Shown here piece by piece: positions 48,630 through 58,018 of a DNA stretch of 64,000 bases. The notes beneath the pieces are model-generated. The model did not search any database. It was not told the origin of the DNA and saw nothing but the letters and a program-made list of their open reading frames with translations. Each line of letters starts with the position of its first letter. Within the stretch, counting starts at the first letter, position 1. Origin of the DNA: Escherichia phage vB_EcoM_WL-3; sequence record MT968995.1; one strand, 5' to 3'. A program made the translations under genes and the position numbers.

Positions 48630-49023
48630 TTTTACTAAATATACAGAATAAGATGGAACAGACTATATAAGCACCACACACAGATTGAACTAATACCATT
48701 CCAAAGAACCAAACAATATTATCAAACAATGTCTGTTTTACGTCGAAAGGACGTAAACTTACAGTAATATTATCACCTTTTTCTATTGAAGAATACATCT
48801 CTGGGGAAATATATTCACTAAATCTATAACCATCTTTGAGTTCATATACGGCAATAAACGATAAACTAGACCCTTTTCCTTGTGTTCCTGTAATGGTATT
48901 AACTACAGTAACATCATAATCTTTATAATGCATATAATCATTAATTGCGTAATAACCATATGCAATTACTACACATAAACAACATATCAATAAATTCAAT
49001 CTTTTAATTATCAACTGTTTCAT
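48616..49023 (-). CDS. membrane protein (135 aa, two hydrophobic segments)
   Basis: N- and C-terminal hydrophobic stretches. Confidence 0.5.
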   Translation of the reverse strand: MKQLIIKRLNLLICCLCVVIAYGYYAINDYMHYKDYDVTVVNTITGTQGKGSSLSFIAVYELKDGYRFSEYISPEMYSSIEKGDNITVSLRPFDVKQTLFDNIVWFFGMVLVQSVCGAYIVCSILFCIFSKIEIE

Positions 49024-49078
49024 AATAATCTCAATTAAAAGGGCTTAGAACCATTATACCATCCTTGGTATAAAGCGG

Positions 49079-49606
49079 TTATGCGAGTACCGTCTTTAAC
49101 CGTTCTTCAAACTTCCGAAGAGTATTTTGGCGTTCAGCTCTTTGCTTTTTGTAAGTTTCAATACGCTCTGAAATGAGAGTGTATCGTTCATTTACTGATT
49201 CTTTCATAAAATCAGGAATTTCACGAGAAGCTTTAATCTCGTCAAATTTATCAATAACAGCTTGCTCTTCAGCAATTAAGTTATCATACATTAAAATATC
49301 TTTCTTGATAAACTCAATATCTTCTTGAGTTACACGAGATAATTTAGATGCTTTATCCTTTTTGTACTGTTCGTTAGTATCACGAGACCAGTGTAATGTA
49401 CGATTTTTATTCGTATTTTTGTAAATTTCTACAATACCGATCTCATCGATAATAACGATCCAATTCCAACGGGATTTGTAAATTTGTCCTCCATCAACAG
49501 TGATTTCACCTCCGATTGAGATGTCATTAAAGAACTTGCTTTGCGCTTCAGATTTAAATTTACCATCGTTGTAATTTACTAAGTTGAAAATATCTTTAGC
49601 GTTCAT
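49079..49606 (-). CDS. hypothetical protein (175 aa)
   Basis: ORF in track. Confidence 0.5.
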   Translation of the reverse strand: MNAKDIFNLVNYNDGKFKSEAQSKFFNDISIGGEITVDGGQIYKSRWNWIVIIDEIGIVEIYKNTNKNRTLHWSRDTNEQYKKDKASKLSRVTQEDIEFIKKDILMYDNLIAEEQAVIDKFDEIKASREIPDFMKESVNERYTLISERIETYKKQRAERQNTLRKFEERLKTVLA

Positions 49607-49629
49607 TTTCTGTTCCTCCGTAGTTGATA

Positions 49630-49666
49630 GTTGTATAGTACCACAGAGGAACAGTCTTGTAAACCA
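49630..49666 (-). promoter_or_regulatory. early promoter (GTTTAC ... TGGTACTAT), promoter repeat family
   Basis: shares AGTTGATAGTTGTATAGTACCA with 24421 and 51061; the -10 is embedded in the inverted repeat GTTCCTC/GAGGAAC. Confidence 0.5.
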
Positions 49667-49981
49667 CTAAAAGAAACTTCTTTCACAATTTTTTCCACTG
49701 AACCATGCGCTTACCGCTTTCTTAGTCTCAGGAGCAGTGTTATCCATAAACCATTCAAAGGCAGCCTTTTTATGATTCTGGAGGGCTTCTCGGGCTTTAA
49801 TCTGCTCACGGTCTATTAACACTAACATATGAGCCTTTCTTGTCACCATGGGCTTCTTATGATTTTTTGAATACTCCCAGTCATTTGTCCATCGCATTGT
49901 CGTTGCGAATTGAAATACTGCTTCTTTAATCTTAGTTTCGTAAATTTCACGAGCCTTTGAGTATAACATCACTACCTCCAT
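49667..49981 (-). CDS. hypothetical protein (104 aa)
   Basis: ORF in track. Confidence 0.45.
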   Translation of the reverse strand: MEVVMLYSKAREIYETKIKEAVFQFATTMRWTNDWEYSKNHKKPMVTRKAHMLVLIDREQIKAREALQNHKKAAFEWFMDNTAPETKKAVSAWFSGKNCERSFF

Positions 49982-50070
49982 TCACCAGTTTAATTCTAGT
50001 CATCTTTTTAATGGCAGTCCATATAATCTATTTCTGAACTGCCTTTTTGTCATAGAAGTCCTCTTATGAA

Positions 50071-51039
50071 TTATTTCAGAAGAGTAACCTCAGCAATTTC
50101 TTCCCAACCGTTTTTGTCGGTCATAATAAAGTCAGCAAGATAAAGAGCAGTACGTAGTGAAACATTGCGTAAACGATTAACATTAACTTTCATCCATGAT
50201 AATGCTTTATAAGTTTCTTCATCAGAAAGACCGCGCTTTTGCATCATGTCAGTTGAAAGAATAACATCTTCAACCCTGACCATAATTTCTTCATTAGTGT
50301 GAACACCCAAATCCAAATAAACTGAGCGGGACACTAATGCTTGTAAGTGTGGAGCAAGTTTAGTACCACGGTCTAATTCGCGGTCAATGTCAACGTTTGT
50401 GATAAAAACAATCGTTCCTTTAAATTCAAACTCACGGTCAATGCCTTTTTCTTCTAAGTAAGAAGATGCAGTGCTCCAGCAGACTTTACGGGTCTCTCCA
50501 GTGTCCAGAGCAGCTTTTAGAAGATTAAGAATGTCCATATCAGAGAAAACATCCACATCATCAATCAAAAGGACAGAATTCTCTTCACGATTATTCCAAA
50601 GCTGTTCATAAAGACCAATACCAGAGATTTTACCATTAATGCTTTTATATTCAATGTATCCATTATCATTTGCTTTATTTAAAGCTTTATCTAAAGAATA
50701 CGTTTTACCAATACCTGCTGCGCCAGAGATAATTAATGAACGAATGTTTCCGTTAATAATACCATTCGTCATCATTCCCATAACATTAAATCTTTTATTA
50801 ATGCGGGTTTTCATATCTTCATACGATTCTTTAACTTCTTCAACTTTTACACCATCATATGAAATGTCTGATTTGTAAACCCAAACACCGCGACGTTTAC
50901 CGTCAATTTCAACAAAAACTTTACCATCTCCTTGTGCATCTACTGGAGCATTATCTGGGAACCATTCGCCTAAGAGCTCAAAAGTTCCAGAGATTTCTTT
51001 ACCGAAGTAGATACCCTTATTGATAGTTACAGTTTTCAT
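50071..51039 (-). CDS. P-loop ATPase (322 aa from MKTVTINKG)
   Basis: Walker A GAAGIGKT and Walker B VLLIDDVD; the track ORF is extended upstream through the promoter repeat; T4 nrdC.10 position. Confidence 0.6.
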   Translation of the reverse strand: MKTVTINKGIYFGKEISGTFELLGEWFPDNAPVDAQGDGKVFVEIDGKRRGVWVYKSDISYDGVKVEEVKESYEDMKTRINKRFNVMGMMTNGIINGNIRSLIISGAAGIGKTYSLDKALNKANDNGYIEYKSINGKISGIGLYEQLWNNREENSVLLIDDVDVFSDMDILNLLKAALDTGETRKVCWSTASSYLEEKGIDREFEFKGTIVFITNVDIDRELDRGTKLAPHLQALVSRSVYLDLGVHTNEEIMVRVEDVILSTDMMQKRGLSDEETYKALSWMKVNVNRLRNVSLRTALYLADFIMTDKNGWEEIAEVTLLK

Positions 51040-51069
51040 TTTATTCTCCAAATCCGTATCAGTTGATAG

Positions 51070-51125
51070 TTGTATAGTACCATAAAGCTTTATGCTTGTA
51101 AACAATTTTGTGAAAAAATTTTTGA
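51070..51125 (-). promoter_or_regulatory. early promoter with UP element (GTTTACAAGCATAAAGCTTTATGGTACTAT)
   Basis: core and 5-prime UTR identical to the element at 24415-24461. Confidence 0.55.
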
Positions 51126-51127
51126 AA

Positions 51128-51154
51128 TAAAAAAAGGGAGCCCGAAGGCTCCCT
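51128..51154 (-). terminator. rho-independent terminator after the nucleotidyltransferase gene
   Basis: GGGAGCC-CGAA-GGCTCCC followed on the minus strand by UUUUUUU. Confidence 0.7.
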
Positions 51155-51155
51155 A

Positions 51156-52202
51156 TCATTTATAATAACTTCGGTGGTTTTCAAGATAAACCTGTTCGAG
51201 GAAATTATTCCAAAAGCTCATATCTACTGTTTTAGGCATACCATTCTTAGAAGCTTCAGTAGATGCTGCTTCTACTTGATCGACCACATCTTCCAAAAAC
51301 TCTTGAACTGTTTTAAATGGATGTTTACCCAACTTCACGTCGAGAATAAATGGAGCATCTTGGAGTGGATAAACCAAGTCACCAGTTTTGTAAATTTCCA
51401 ATAGTTGAAGTCCACCACGACAAGCATGACTCAGAGCTTTCCAGTCAATACCTTCATTGGCTTCGGCCTTACGAGCACGTTCACCATATTCAGCATCTAA
51501 TTTGTTCAGTGACTGCTTAAGCTCAATAAGAGAAAGCGTTGTCTGATATTTACGACCCAACACTGTGTAGAACGTTTGTGGACCTGTTTTCTCATGATTA
51601 TGGAACACCCATTCACAGAATTCGTTTTCTGGAAGACGATGCTTAATATCTTCAACTTTAGTGCGACGCTGCTTAATAGAACCATCTTCTTGGTAATCAA
51701 CCCATTGCTCAGGGATTTGATTAACTACTTTCAATACATCACGTAATGCAGCCAAACGAGAACCCTTGACACCGTATTTAGAAGCTTGCTTGCGGACATA
51801 TCCTAAATATGATTTCATGTTAGTCGTATAAAAACGAGAACGGTTGTCTTGAATAAACTTCCACACATCAGGCAAATCAGATTTAACCACTAGTTCAGGT
51901 GGAGTGTGAAGCATATCCAACGCTACAGTTTCACCATCTGCCGCTAATTTAAAGAAATACTTAAGACTGTATAGTTCATGGTCAATATCATCTTTAGTGT
52001 TTTTAGATGATGTGTTGTTAGTGTTTTTACTCATATGCTCTTTAACATTTCCGATAAGAATATCACGAGCAGGAGGAACAAAGATTTCTTTAAAATCTAC
52101 ATCAGATTCTGGAGTAGAAGTTCCATAAAGATGACTACCAAAATAAGACTTAACTACAGTTTTCATTATTAGACCTTTCATAATCTTCATTAAATTGTAC
52201 AA
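51156..52202 (-). CDS. Pol-beta-superfamily nucleotidyltransferase (348 aa)
   Basis: GS-x9-DVD motif (YFGSHLYGTSTPESDVDF) with a later acidic VALDML; T4 nrdC.11 position. Confidence 0.55.
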   Translation of the reverse strand: MYNLMKIMKGLIMKTVVKSYFGSHLYGTSTPESDVDFKEIFVPPARDILIGNVKEHMSKNTNNTSSKNTKDDIDHELYSLKYFFKLAADGETVALDMLHTPPELVVKSDLPDVWKFIQDNRSRFYTTNMKSYLGYVRKQASKYGVKGSRLAALRDVLKVVNQIPEQWVDYQEDGSIKQRRTKVEDIKHRLPENEFCEWVFHNHEKTGPQTFYTVLGRKYQTTLSLIELKQSLNKLDAEYGERARKAEANEGIDWKALSHACRGGLQLLEIYKTGDLVYPLQDAPFILDVKLGKHPFKTVQEFLEDVVDQVEAASTEASKNGMPKTVDMSFWNNFLEQVYLENHRSYYK

Positions 52203-52241
52203 TCAATCGATGATAATTAGATTTTGGATATCCTAATTTAC

Positions 52242-52931
52242 TTATATAAGTTCCGAATGAGACCCACGTTTAGGTCTATTTAATTTAATCCATAACTTAT
52301 AAAGTAAGTCATAGTCTTGCCAATGTTTACCAGTTCTTTGTCTAATTTTAGATGAATTTGATTGTTTCTTTTTAGTTTCAAAATTATTCAAAGATTTTTT
52401 GACTGCAGCAGAGTGTTTTTCTTTAACTCCCGGTCGTTTAAAAGCAGCTTTCACCCCTTTAGATATTTTTTCTTTAACTTCCGGTTTGTTTTGTGCTTCT
52501 AACTGGGATTCTGAAATTTTAGCCCTTATTTCAGGAAGACTTAATGTTATCGAACGTTTTTCTCTGTATTCATTAGACTTCCACATTTCTTTCATTGTAT
52601 TAGAATGTATTTTTGAAAATTTTTCTCTAACTAACTGATATCCTCTTGAAGTTAATTTGAGATTTCTTCCTAAAGAATCTTCTCCAAAATTATAAAATGA
52701 CCACCATGCATAAATTAATCCAGGCGAATTATAATGAATTTTAGCTAAAAGCCAATGGGCTATAAAATGCTCTCTAGCTGTTAATAAAACTAGATTATCA
52801 GAATCATCATTACCACCAATACAAGATGGAATAATATGATGCTTTTCCGTATAAAAATTTAATTTAGATTTATCTAATTTTCTGAGTTTTCCTTTCTTAA
52901 TTAAATTATTATATACTTTAGTATAATTCAT
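52242..52931 (-). CDS. HNH homing endonuclease (MobD-like)
   Basis: EKHHIIPSCIGG...NLVLLTAREHFIAH; paralog of the ORF at 14793-15443; position as T4 mobD. Confidence 0.7.
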   Translation of the reverse strand: MNYTKVYNNLIKKGKLRKLDKSKLNFYTEKHHIIPSCIGGNDDSDNLVLLTAREHFIAHWLLAKIHYNSPGLIYAWWSFYNFGEDSLGRNLKLTSRGYQLVREKFSKIHSNTMKEMWKSNEYREKRSITLSLPEIRAKISESQLEAQNKPEVKEKISKGVKAAFKRPGVKEKHSAAVKKSLNNFETKKKQSNSSKIRQRTGKHWQDYDLLYKLWIKLNRPKRGSHSELI

Positions 52932-53005
52932 TGGTTCTTCGTCTCATTTAATTTTGCTTTGCATTTATAACACATGTCTGTTCCACTTGAAATAAACATA
53001 TTTCC

Positions 53006-53563
53006 TCACTTTGAAATCATAGTTGGAATGACAGAATCAAGATAAGTCTTTAGCGCAATAGCTTCGTCTTTGGTAAATGTGACAATATGTGATCGAAAAT
53101 CATCAATTTGACGAATAGTTAAGACATCTCCCTCTTCATAACATTTTGATACATTTAAAAGAGTTTCATCATTCTGATTGCAATCGTTAGTAATAATAGC
53201 ATTGCAATTTTTAAACCATTTTAAACCATGTTTTCTTTCGTTAGAATAATAAAAATATTTAATTTTAGTTATAAAATTATCCCAATTATTAATTGATAAG
53301 CATATTGACTCGCTTTCAATGTTAAATCCTGGGCATGAAGAATAAAAATGAATTTTGTGCTCATCATTGATGCTTACTATTTTATCAGTATAAGGATATT
53401 CAATTTGGGTTAAATGAATGATTTCACTAGGCGTAAAATATAGCATATCGTCTTCTTGCGTCAAACGATACATATTATTTACTTTTTCTATAGCCAATTC
53501 GCCAAAAAGTGGACTAACTTCTAATACTAATCGTTTCATATTGATTCTCTTCGACTCACTCAC
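53006..53563 (-). CDS. hypothetical protein (185 aa)
   Basis: ORF in track. Confidence 0.5.
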   Translation of the reverse strand: MSESKRINMKRLVLEVSPLFGELAIEKVNNMYRLTQEDDMLYFTPSEIIHLTQIEYPYTDKIVSINDEHKIHFYSSCPGFNIESESICLSINNWDNFITKIKYFYYSNERKHGLKWFKNCNAIITNDCNQNDETLLNVSKCYEEGDVLTIRQIDDFRSHIVTFTKDEAIALKTYLDSVIPTMISK

Positions 53564-53704
53564 AATTACATACTCCTTTGAATAATATCAATAATGTTGT
53601 TCACCAGATTATAAGTAAACATCGGATGATAATATTGAATCATCACATACACAACAAACAAAACTTTCATTCTCTTCTCCTCGGCAGATGGCAAGATTAC
53701 TATA

Positions 53705-53740
53705 CCATAACCTTGCCAACTTGTAAACCATTAAATGACG
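53705..53740 (-). promoter_or_regulatory. early promoter (GTTTACAAGTTGGCAAGGTTATGGTATAGT)
   Basis: intergenic, upstream of the 185-aa ORF. Confidence 0.5.
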
Positions 53741-53893
53741 TTTTCAATAAAATTCTGAAGCTTTGTGTGAGCATCAACCATGATTTTCATTTCTTCCTTT
53801 GCGAAAGCTGTACCTCTTTCACGAGAAGAATACTCATAGTCAGAAACTGCATTAGCGTATTCTTCAATTAGCTTCATTAAAAACATCTGCTTT

Positions 53894-54088
53894 TCAGTTT
53901 TCATTATTCCACCTAATCATTTCAAGATATTGAACTAACTTAGCTTTGGATTTATCCAAATCCTTTTTAGCTGCTTCTATACCATCGTATGAATATCCTT
54001 CACAATGCTCAACTGCCAATTGGTATGAATCTATTTCAATATCACGTGCTAATTTAATGATTTTTTCAAACTGTTCACGTGTTAGCAT
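53894..54088 (-). CDS. hypothetical protein (64 aa)
   Basis: ORF in track. Confidence 0.4.
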   Translation of the reverse strand: MLTREQFEKIIKLARDIEIDSYQLAVEHCEGYSYDGIEAAKKDLDKSKAKLVQYLEMIRWNNEN

Positions 54089-54090
54089 AC

Positions 54091-54330
54091 TTAAACTCTC
54101 GTATTATGATCGATAATTTCATCAAGAAACATATCTAAAGCTTCTACAGCATTATCAACTTTAGCTTCAAGTTCTTCAGCGCCTTTATTTGCAATGCCTG
54201 CCGAAAACCAAGCAAAGTCACTAAGTTCCTCATCTGCTTTGCGAATTAAAGCTACCAATTCTTTAATTTTATCTGCTTGTTCGATACTAATCATTATTCC
54301 ACCACATATGAAAGAGAGAATATTGCACAC
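54091..54330 (-). CDS. hypothetical protein (79 aa)
   Basis: ORF in track. Confidence 0.4.
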   Translation of the reverse strand: MCNILSFICGGIMISIEQADKIKELVALIRKADEELSDFAWFSAGIANKGAEELEAKVDNAVEALDMFLDEIIDHNTRV

Positions 54331-54527
54331 GCCATATGAGTTGCAGCTTCATCACACATATCATAACGTTTCTTAAGAAGTTCTACAAGTTCTTCACTTG
54401 TAACTTCATCCATGTCGACGAAAAAATCACCATTAATGATGACGTAAATATTTCCTTCTTGATTAAGTGCTTCAATTTTCATGATGTTCTCCTCTTTATC
54501 CGATGGTTGTATAGTATCACAACTCAA
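54294..54527 (-). CDS. hypothetical protein (77 aa)
   Basis: ORF in track. Confidence 0.4.
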   Translation of the reverse strand: MSCDTIQPSDKEENIMKIEALNQEGNIYVIINGDFFVDMDEVTSEELVELLKKRYDMCDEAATHMACAIFSLSYVVE

Positions 54528-54545
54528 ATGGAAAGTAAACCGGTA
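54505..54545 (-). promoter_or_regulatory. early promoter, part of a repeated promoter/stem-loop cassette
   Basis: GGAAAGTAAACCGGTAAAATGAAAAAAG plus hairpin is ~90 percent identical to 13892-13938. Confidence 0.5.
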
Positions 54546-54549
54546 AAAT

Positions 54550-54573
54550 GAAAAAAGTCTCCCGAAGGAGACT
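54550..54573 (-). terminator. rho-independent terminator (GTCTCC-CGAA-GGAGAC)
   Basis: stem-loop followed on the minus strand by a U-run. Confidence 0.65.
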
Positions 54574-54577
54574 AATG

Positions 54578-54964
54578 TTATTCGAGGGAAAGAAGATATT
54601 TGCTCTGGTAAAACATTCCAGTAATATCATCTATCGTGCTTTGAATGGCTGGAGGCATTTCTTTATAAATGCTGTTAGATTGGTCTAGTATGCGATCAAT
54701 CATTTTAATTGTGTCGGTAGGAAGTTTACTGGCATCTGGAATTGAAGGCGTGTATTTTCTACCAGAATACCCCAAATATTGCTCACCAAATTTATCAATC
54801 AAATCTGGCAACTCAGAGAAAATAAAATCGTATGCTTTGTGTCTAGCATAACTTTTAGTTTCAAAATGCGCAGAATGAAAATAAGCTTGTGCAGCCATTA
54901 ATAAACCTAAGTATTCATCTGCCTTTGAAGGTTTTCCACTTTGTGAAAAGTCGCTGAATTTCAT
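54578..54964 (-). CDS. hypothetical protein (128 aa)
   Basis: ORF in track, immediately upstream of rI. Confidence 0.5.
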   Translation of the reverse strand: MKFSDFSQSGKPSKADEYLGLLMAAQAYFHSAHFETKSYARHKAYDFIFSELPDLIDKFGEQYLGYSGRKYTPSIPDASKLPTDTIKMIDRILDQSNSIYKEMPPAIQSTIDDITGMFYQSKYLLSLE

Positions 54965-55254
54965 TCAGTCTCCAATTTAATGTTCATAATTCTAGCGTAT
55001 GATTGTGCCATCTCCGCGCCTCGCTCTATACATTCAAAATCAGAAGAGCACGGGTCATTTTTATAGGTCGTTCGCATAAAACTATAGAACTGTTTAGATG
55101 ATTCTACGCTTTTATTTTCAAAAAGCGTATAAACATGTCTAATACCAGATTCCATAAATTTATCAAAATGAGGATCGACATTCGCTTCAATCGGCGGAGA
55201 TAAAACAAACGCTAATCCTAGCATGGCGAATAGTGCCGCTGCTTTTAAGGCCAT
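54961..55254 (-). CDS. rI: RI lysis inhibition regulator (antiholin)
   Basis: 97 aa with N-terminal signal-anchor MALKAAALFAMLGLAFVLSPPIEA; size and position as T4 RI. Confidence 0.8.
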   Translation of the reverse strand: MALKAAALFAMLGLAFVLSPPIEANVDPHFDKFMESGIRHVYTLFENKSVESSKQFYSFMRTTYKNDPCSSDFECIERGAEMAQSYARIMNIKLETE

Positions 55255-55266
55255 AAAGGCCTCCTA

Positions 55267-55479
55267 TCATTTTTGTCCTGTATTTACTTTATGCCGATGC
55301 ACGGCCTTAACTTTATCAAGGTATTTTTCAAAATTTCGCAATCTAGTATAGTCTGCCGGAGATTGGTTGAGTGATACTTCTCGACGCAAAGCTGAAATGA
55401 TATTTCCAACTTCCCTACGAATTTCATCTAATTGAAGAACAGTAAGATTGCGAAGTTGCTTTTCAGTTAATTGTAGCAT
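55267..55479 (-). CDS. hypothetical protein (rI.1 position)
   Basis: 70-aa ORF. Confidence 0.45.
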
Positions 55480-55521
55480 ATATACCCCTTTAGTTAGATA
55501 AACCTATTTATAACTTTTGCA

Positions 55522-56103
55522 CTAACCGAGCTTTTTAGTTAATTCATTCCAATGTTTTCTACACAAAGAAACATAAATTTCATCACCAATACAGATTTGA
55601 TTACCTTCTTTAACTGGTGTTCCATCTTCCATTAATCGAGCTGTCATAATCGCTTTTTTACCGCAATGACAAACTGCTTTTAGTTCAATAAGTTTATCTG
55701 CAATCGCCAAAAGTTCCTTAGAACCTTCAAATAATTTTCCAGCGAAATCAGTCCTTAGACCATAAGCCATAACAGGAACATTATATGTATCGACAATTCG
55801 GCTTAATTGATGCACCTGTTCAGTTTTTAAAAACTGTGCTTCATCTACAAATACACAATGAATATCTTTTTGTGCTTCAGCCCATTTATAGAACTCAAAA
55901 ATATTCATATCATCTGTAATAATATTCGCTTCCTGCTTAATTCCAATGCGAGAAACGACTTCACAGACAGAATCGCGAGTATCAATAGCAGGCTTAAGAA
56001 CTAATACACTCATTCCACGTTCTTTATAGTTATGGGCGGCAGTCAAAAGAGAAGCAGATTTTCCAGCATTCATTGCTGCATAAGTAAAAATTAAACTCGC
56101 CAT
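55522..56103 (-). CDS. tk: thymidine kinase
   Basis: 193 aa; P-loop AAMNAGKS and C-terminal zinc-ribbon cysteines. Confidence 0.9.
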   Translation of the reverse strand: MASLIFTYAAMNAGKSASLLTAAHNYKERGMSVLVLKPAIDTRDSVCEVVSRIGIKQEANIITDDMNIFEFYKWAEAQKDIHCVFVDEAQFLKTEQVHQLSRIVDTYNVPVMAYGLRTDFAGKLFEGSKELLAIADKLIELKAVCHCGKKAIMTARLMEDGTPVKEGNQICIGDEIYVSLCRKHWNELTKKLG

Positions 56104-56104
56104 C

Positions 56105-56293
56105 TTAGTCCTTAGTTAAATTTTCTAAATATGTTTCTAAATCATTTTCAGCTTTATCGATAGATTTTACTAATTCGTAGTATGTTTCAGCATCTCCATA
56201 ATCCGAAGCCAATTCAAAAGATAAATCTCGTTCTAAACTAATAATTTCGCTGATTAAAAATCGTATTTCATTCTTTTGTTCGCAAGTAATCAT
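56105..56293 (-). CDS. hypothetical protein (tk.1 position)
   Basis: 62-aa acidic ORF. Confidence 0.4.
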   Translation of the reverse strand: MITCEQKNEIRFLISEIISLERDLSFELASDYGDAETYYELVKSIDKAENDLETYLENLTKD

Positions 56294-56496
56294 AAGGAAT
56301 TTATATAATCAATAAGTTCTTGTTCTTTATCGTCGAAATCTTTACATAGTTCTTCGTATTCGTCGGTATTAAAAGGACCGCATTCATCGCAAACTTTTTC
56401 CAATTCACTATTTTTATCCATAACTTCGTGAATAAGAGAAAACAGTCTGTCTTTTTGTTCTTTACTCAGACTCATAACCATGTAACCTTTAAGCAA
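56290..56496 (-). CDS. hypothetical protein (tk.2 position)
   Basis: 68-aa ORF. Confidence 0.4.
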   Translation of the reverse strand: MLKGYMVMSLSKEQKDRLFSLIHEVMDKNSELEKVCDECGPFNTDEYEELCKDFDDKEQELIDYINSL

Positions 56497-56684
56497 TATT
56501 CTTCTACATGTTGTTTACGACCTTTCTTATCAATAAAGGTATATTCAACGAATGTTCCAATGTAGTCTTTATCGACATCATGTGGACTATTAATTGGGCA
56601 TTTAGTACGGCAAATGCGTTCCCATTGACGAATAATTTCCGCTTTATTTTTAGGGTCAAACGGATGCGGGTAATGTACTTTCAT
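56472..56684 (-). CDS. hypothetical protein (tk.3 position)
   Basis: 70-aa ORF. Confidence 0.4.
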   Translation of the reverse strand: MKVHYPHPFDPKNKAEIIRQWERICRTKCPINSPHDVDKDYIGTFVEYTFIDKKGRKQHVEEYCLKVTWL

Positions 56685-57135
56685 AATCCACCACTATTAA
56701 ATCAATATCAGGAGTAAACATGTCGATTAATTTAGAAACCTTATCCCAATCACCGCCAGCAATACCACAACCTATGCGTGGAATGTAAATTACTGGTTTA
56801 AACAAAAGGGTCTCTGCCTGTAGATTTAATTCTATCATGCAGTTTACTAAAGCACCATAATCAAGATTAGGACCCGGTTCGTATTGTGTATACAGGTTAT
56901 AGCATATACCAAATCCTGTAGGATTATGTTTAAAAACAATAGACATATCGCCTAATTTATCACGAGAACCGTACTCGGTAGTGGTTTTATCTATTTCTAA
57001 AATTTTAGGATAGGCCCTTGCTAATTGACCCGCTACACCTGAACCCATAGTATGAAAACAGTTGCACCCGTGCGCAATAATATTACCTTGAAGAAATAGG
57101 GCGACAATATCGCCCTTGATATATTTTACAATCAT
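56656..57135 (-). CDS. macro-domain protein (ADP-ribose binding/processing)
   Basis: YIKGDIVALFLQGNIIAHGCNCFHTMGSGVAGQLARAYP and IYIPRIGCGIAGGDWDKV resemble the two macro-domain signature regions. Confidence 0.55.
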   Translation of the reverse strand: MIVKYIKGDIVALFLQGNIIAHGCNCFHTMGSGVAGQLARAYPKILEIDKTTTEYGSRDKLGDMSIVFKHNPTGFGICYNLYTQYEPGPNLDYGALVNCMIELNLQAETLLFKPVIYIPRIGCGIAGGDWDKVSKLIDMFTPDIDLIVVDYESTLPASV

Positions 57136-57473
57136 CTAGTACTCAATCCTCGATTATAAGAATCTACCAAACGGTCAACCATTGAATGACAAGCGGCTTT
57201 ATCTTTCTCCTCCGCAACTGAACATTCTAAGGTATTCCACTTTTTAGCATATCGTTTTAATAAAGTATCGTTCTTGTATCTACTTGATTTATCTCTTTCT
57301 CCGTCTTTATATGCATATATTAATTTCTGCGCAAATTCAGCTTGGCATGCTTTATTTTTCCCACAATAATCCGCGGCAGTACGGTTTACATACTCTCTAA
57401 TTTCAGTGTATGATGTATTTGCTAACGCAGAAAATGAAATTAATCCTATACATAAAACCAAAATTTTAGTCAT
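57132..57473 (-). CDS. secreted protein (vs position)
   Basis: 113 aa with signal peptide MTKILVLCIGLISFSALA. Confidence 0.45.
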   Translation of the reverse strand: MTKILVLCIGLISFSALANTSYTEIREYVNRTAADYCGKNKACQAEFAQKLIYAYKDGERDKSSRYKNDTLLKRYAKKWNTLECSVAEEKDKAACHSMVDRLVDSYNRGLSTR

Positions 57474-58011
57474 TTACTATTTCCAAAAGTTTATTATTTT
57501 TAAGGTAATTAGCCTTTTCTAGGACTTCAGAAGCATATTTAGAACCAGCTTTAACATTCCATCCCGAATTATAAGAGGATATTGCTTTTCTTATATCGCC
57601 CTTATGTATATTTAACCAATAAGAAAGTTCAATGTACGCCCAGGAAGCTGAATTGGACCGTTTATTCAACATTCTTTTTATTTCAGCATCGGTCATATTA
57701 TAACCAAGTTCCTTGACTCTCGCTCGCATAGTAGGCAAATAATTTTGGAACATTCCATAGGCATGATGCTTTGGTTTAGATTTTAAATTAACTCCGCCAG
57801 AGCTTTCTTGCCATAAAATAGCAGCCATTATATGACCTAATCCGCTCTTGTGGATATTTTTGTGTGTTTTATATTTTCCATCCTTAGAAAATTGTTCCCC
57901 GAATTGATACGCGTAACGCATGTTATCGAGTTGGACATTACTGAAAGTATGCTCGGAGCTATGTGCCATCATTGAAATGGCCAATAGACCAGCGAGTAGT
58001 GCTTTTCTCAT
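57466..58011 (-). CDS. lytic transglycosylase-like periplasmic protein
   Basis: signal peptide plus AAILWQESSGG ... YGMFQ, resembling the SLT catalytic motif. Confidence 0.55.
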   Translation of the reverse strand: MRKALLAGLLAISMMAHSSEHTFSNVQLDNMRYAYQFGEQFSKDGKYKTHKNIHKSGLGHIMAAILWQESSGGVNLKSKPKHHAYGMFQNYLPTMRARVKELGYNMTDAEIKRMLNKRSNSASWAYIELSYWLNIHKGDIRKAISSYNSGWNVKAGSKYASEVLEKANYLKNNKLLEIVND

Positions 58012-58018
58012 GCTTACC

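Noticed and set aside
6095-51120. Possible CRISPR array, given recurring ~45-bp repeats
   Set aside because: The repeats are widely scattered (6.1, 24.4, 49.6, 51.1 kb), contain promoter hexamers and have no regular spacer structure; they are promoter cassettes.
50071-51159. N-terminal extension shared by two track ORFs (KNFFTKLFTS...GTIQLSTDTDLENK at 24179-24604 and 50071-51159)
   Set aside because: The shared peptide is just the translation of the repeated promoter and 5-prime UTR; the true starts are the downstream Mets preceded by SD GGAG.
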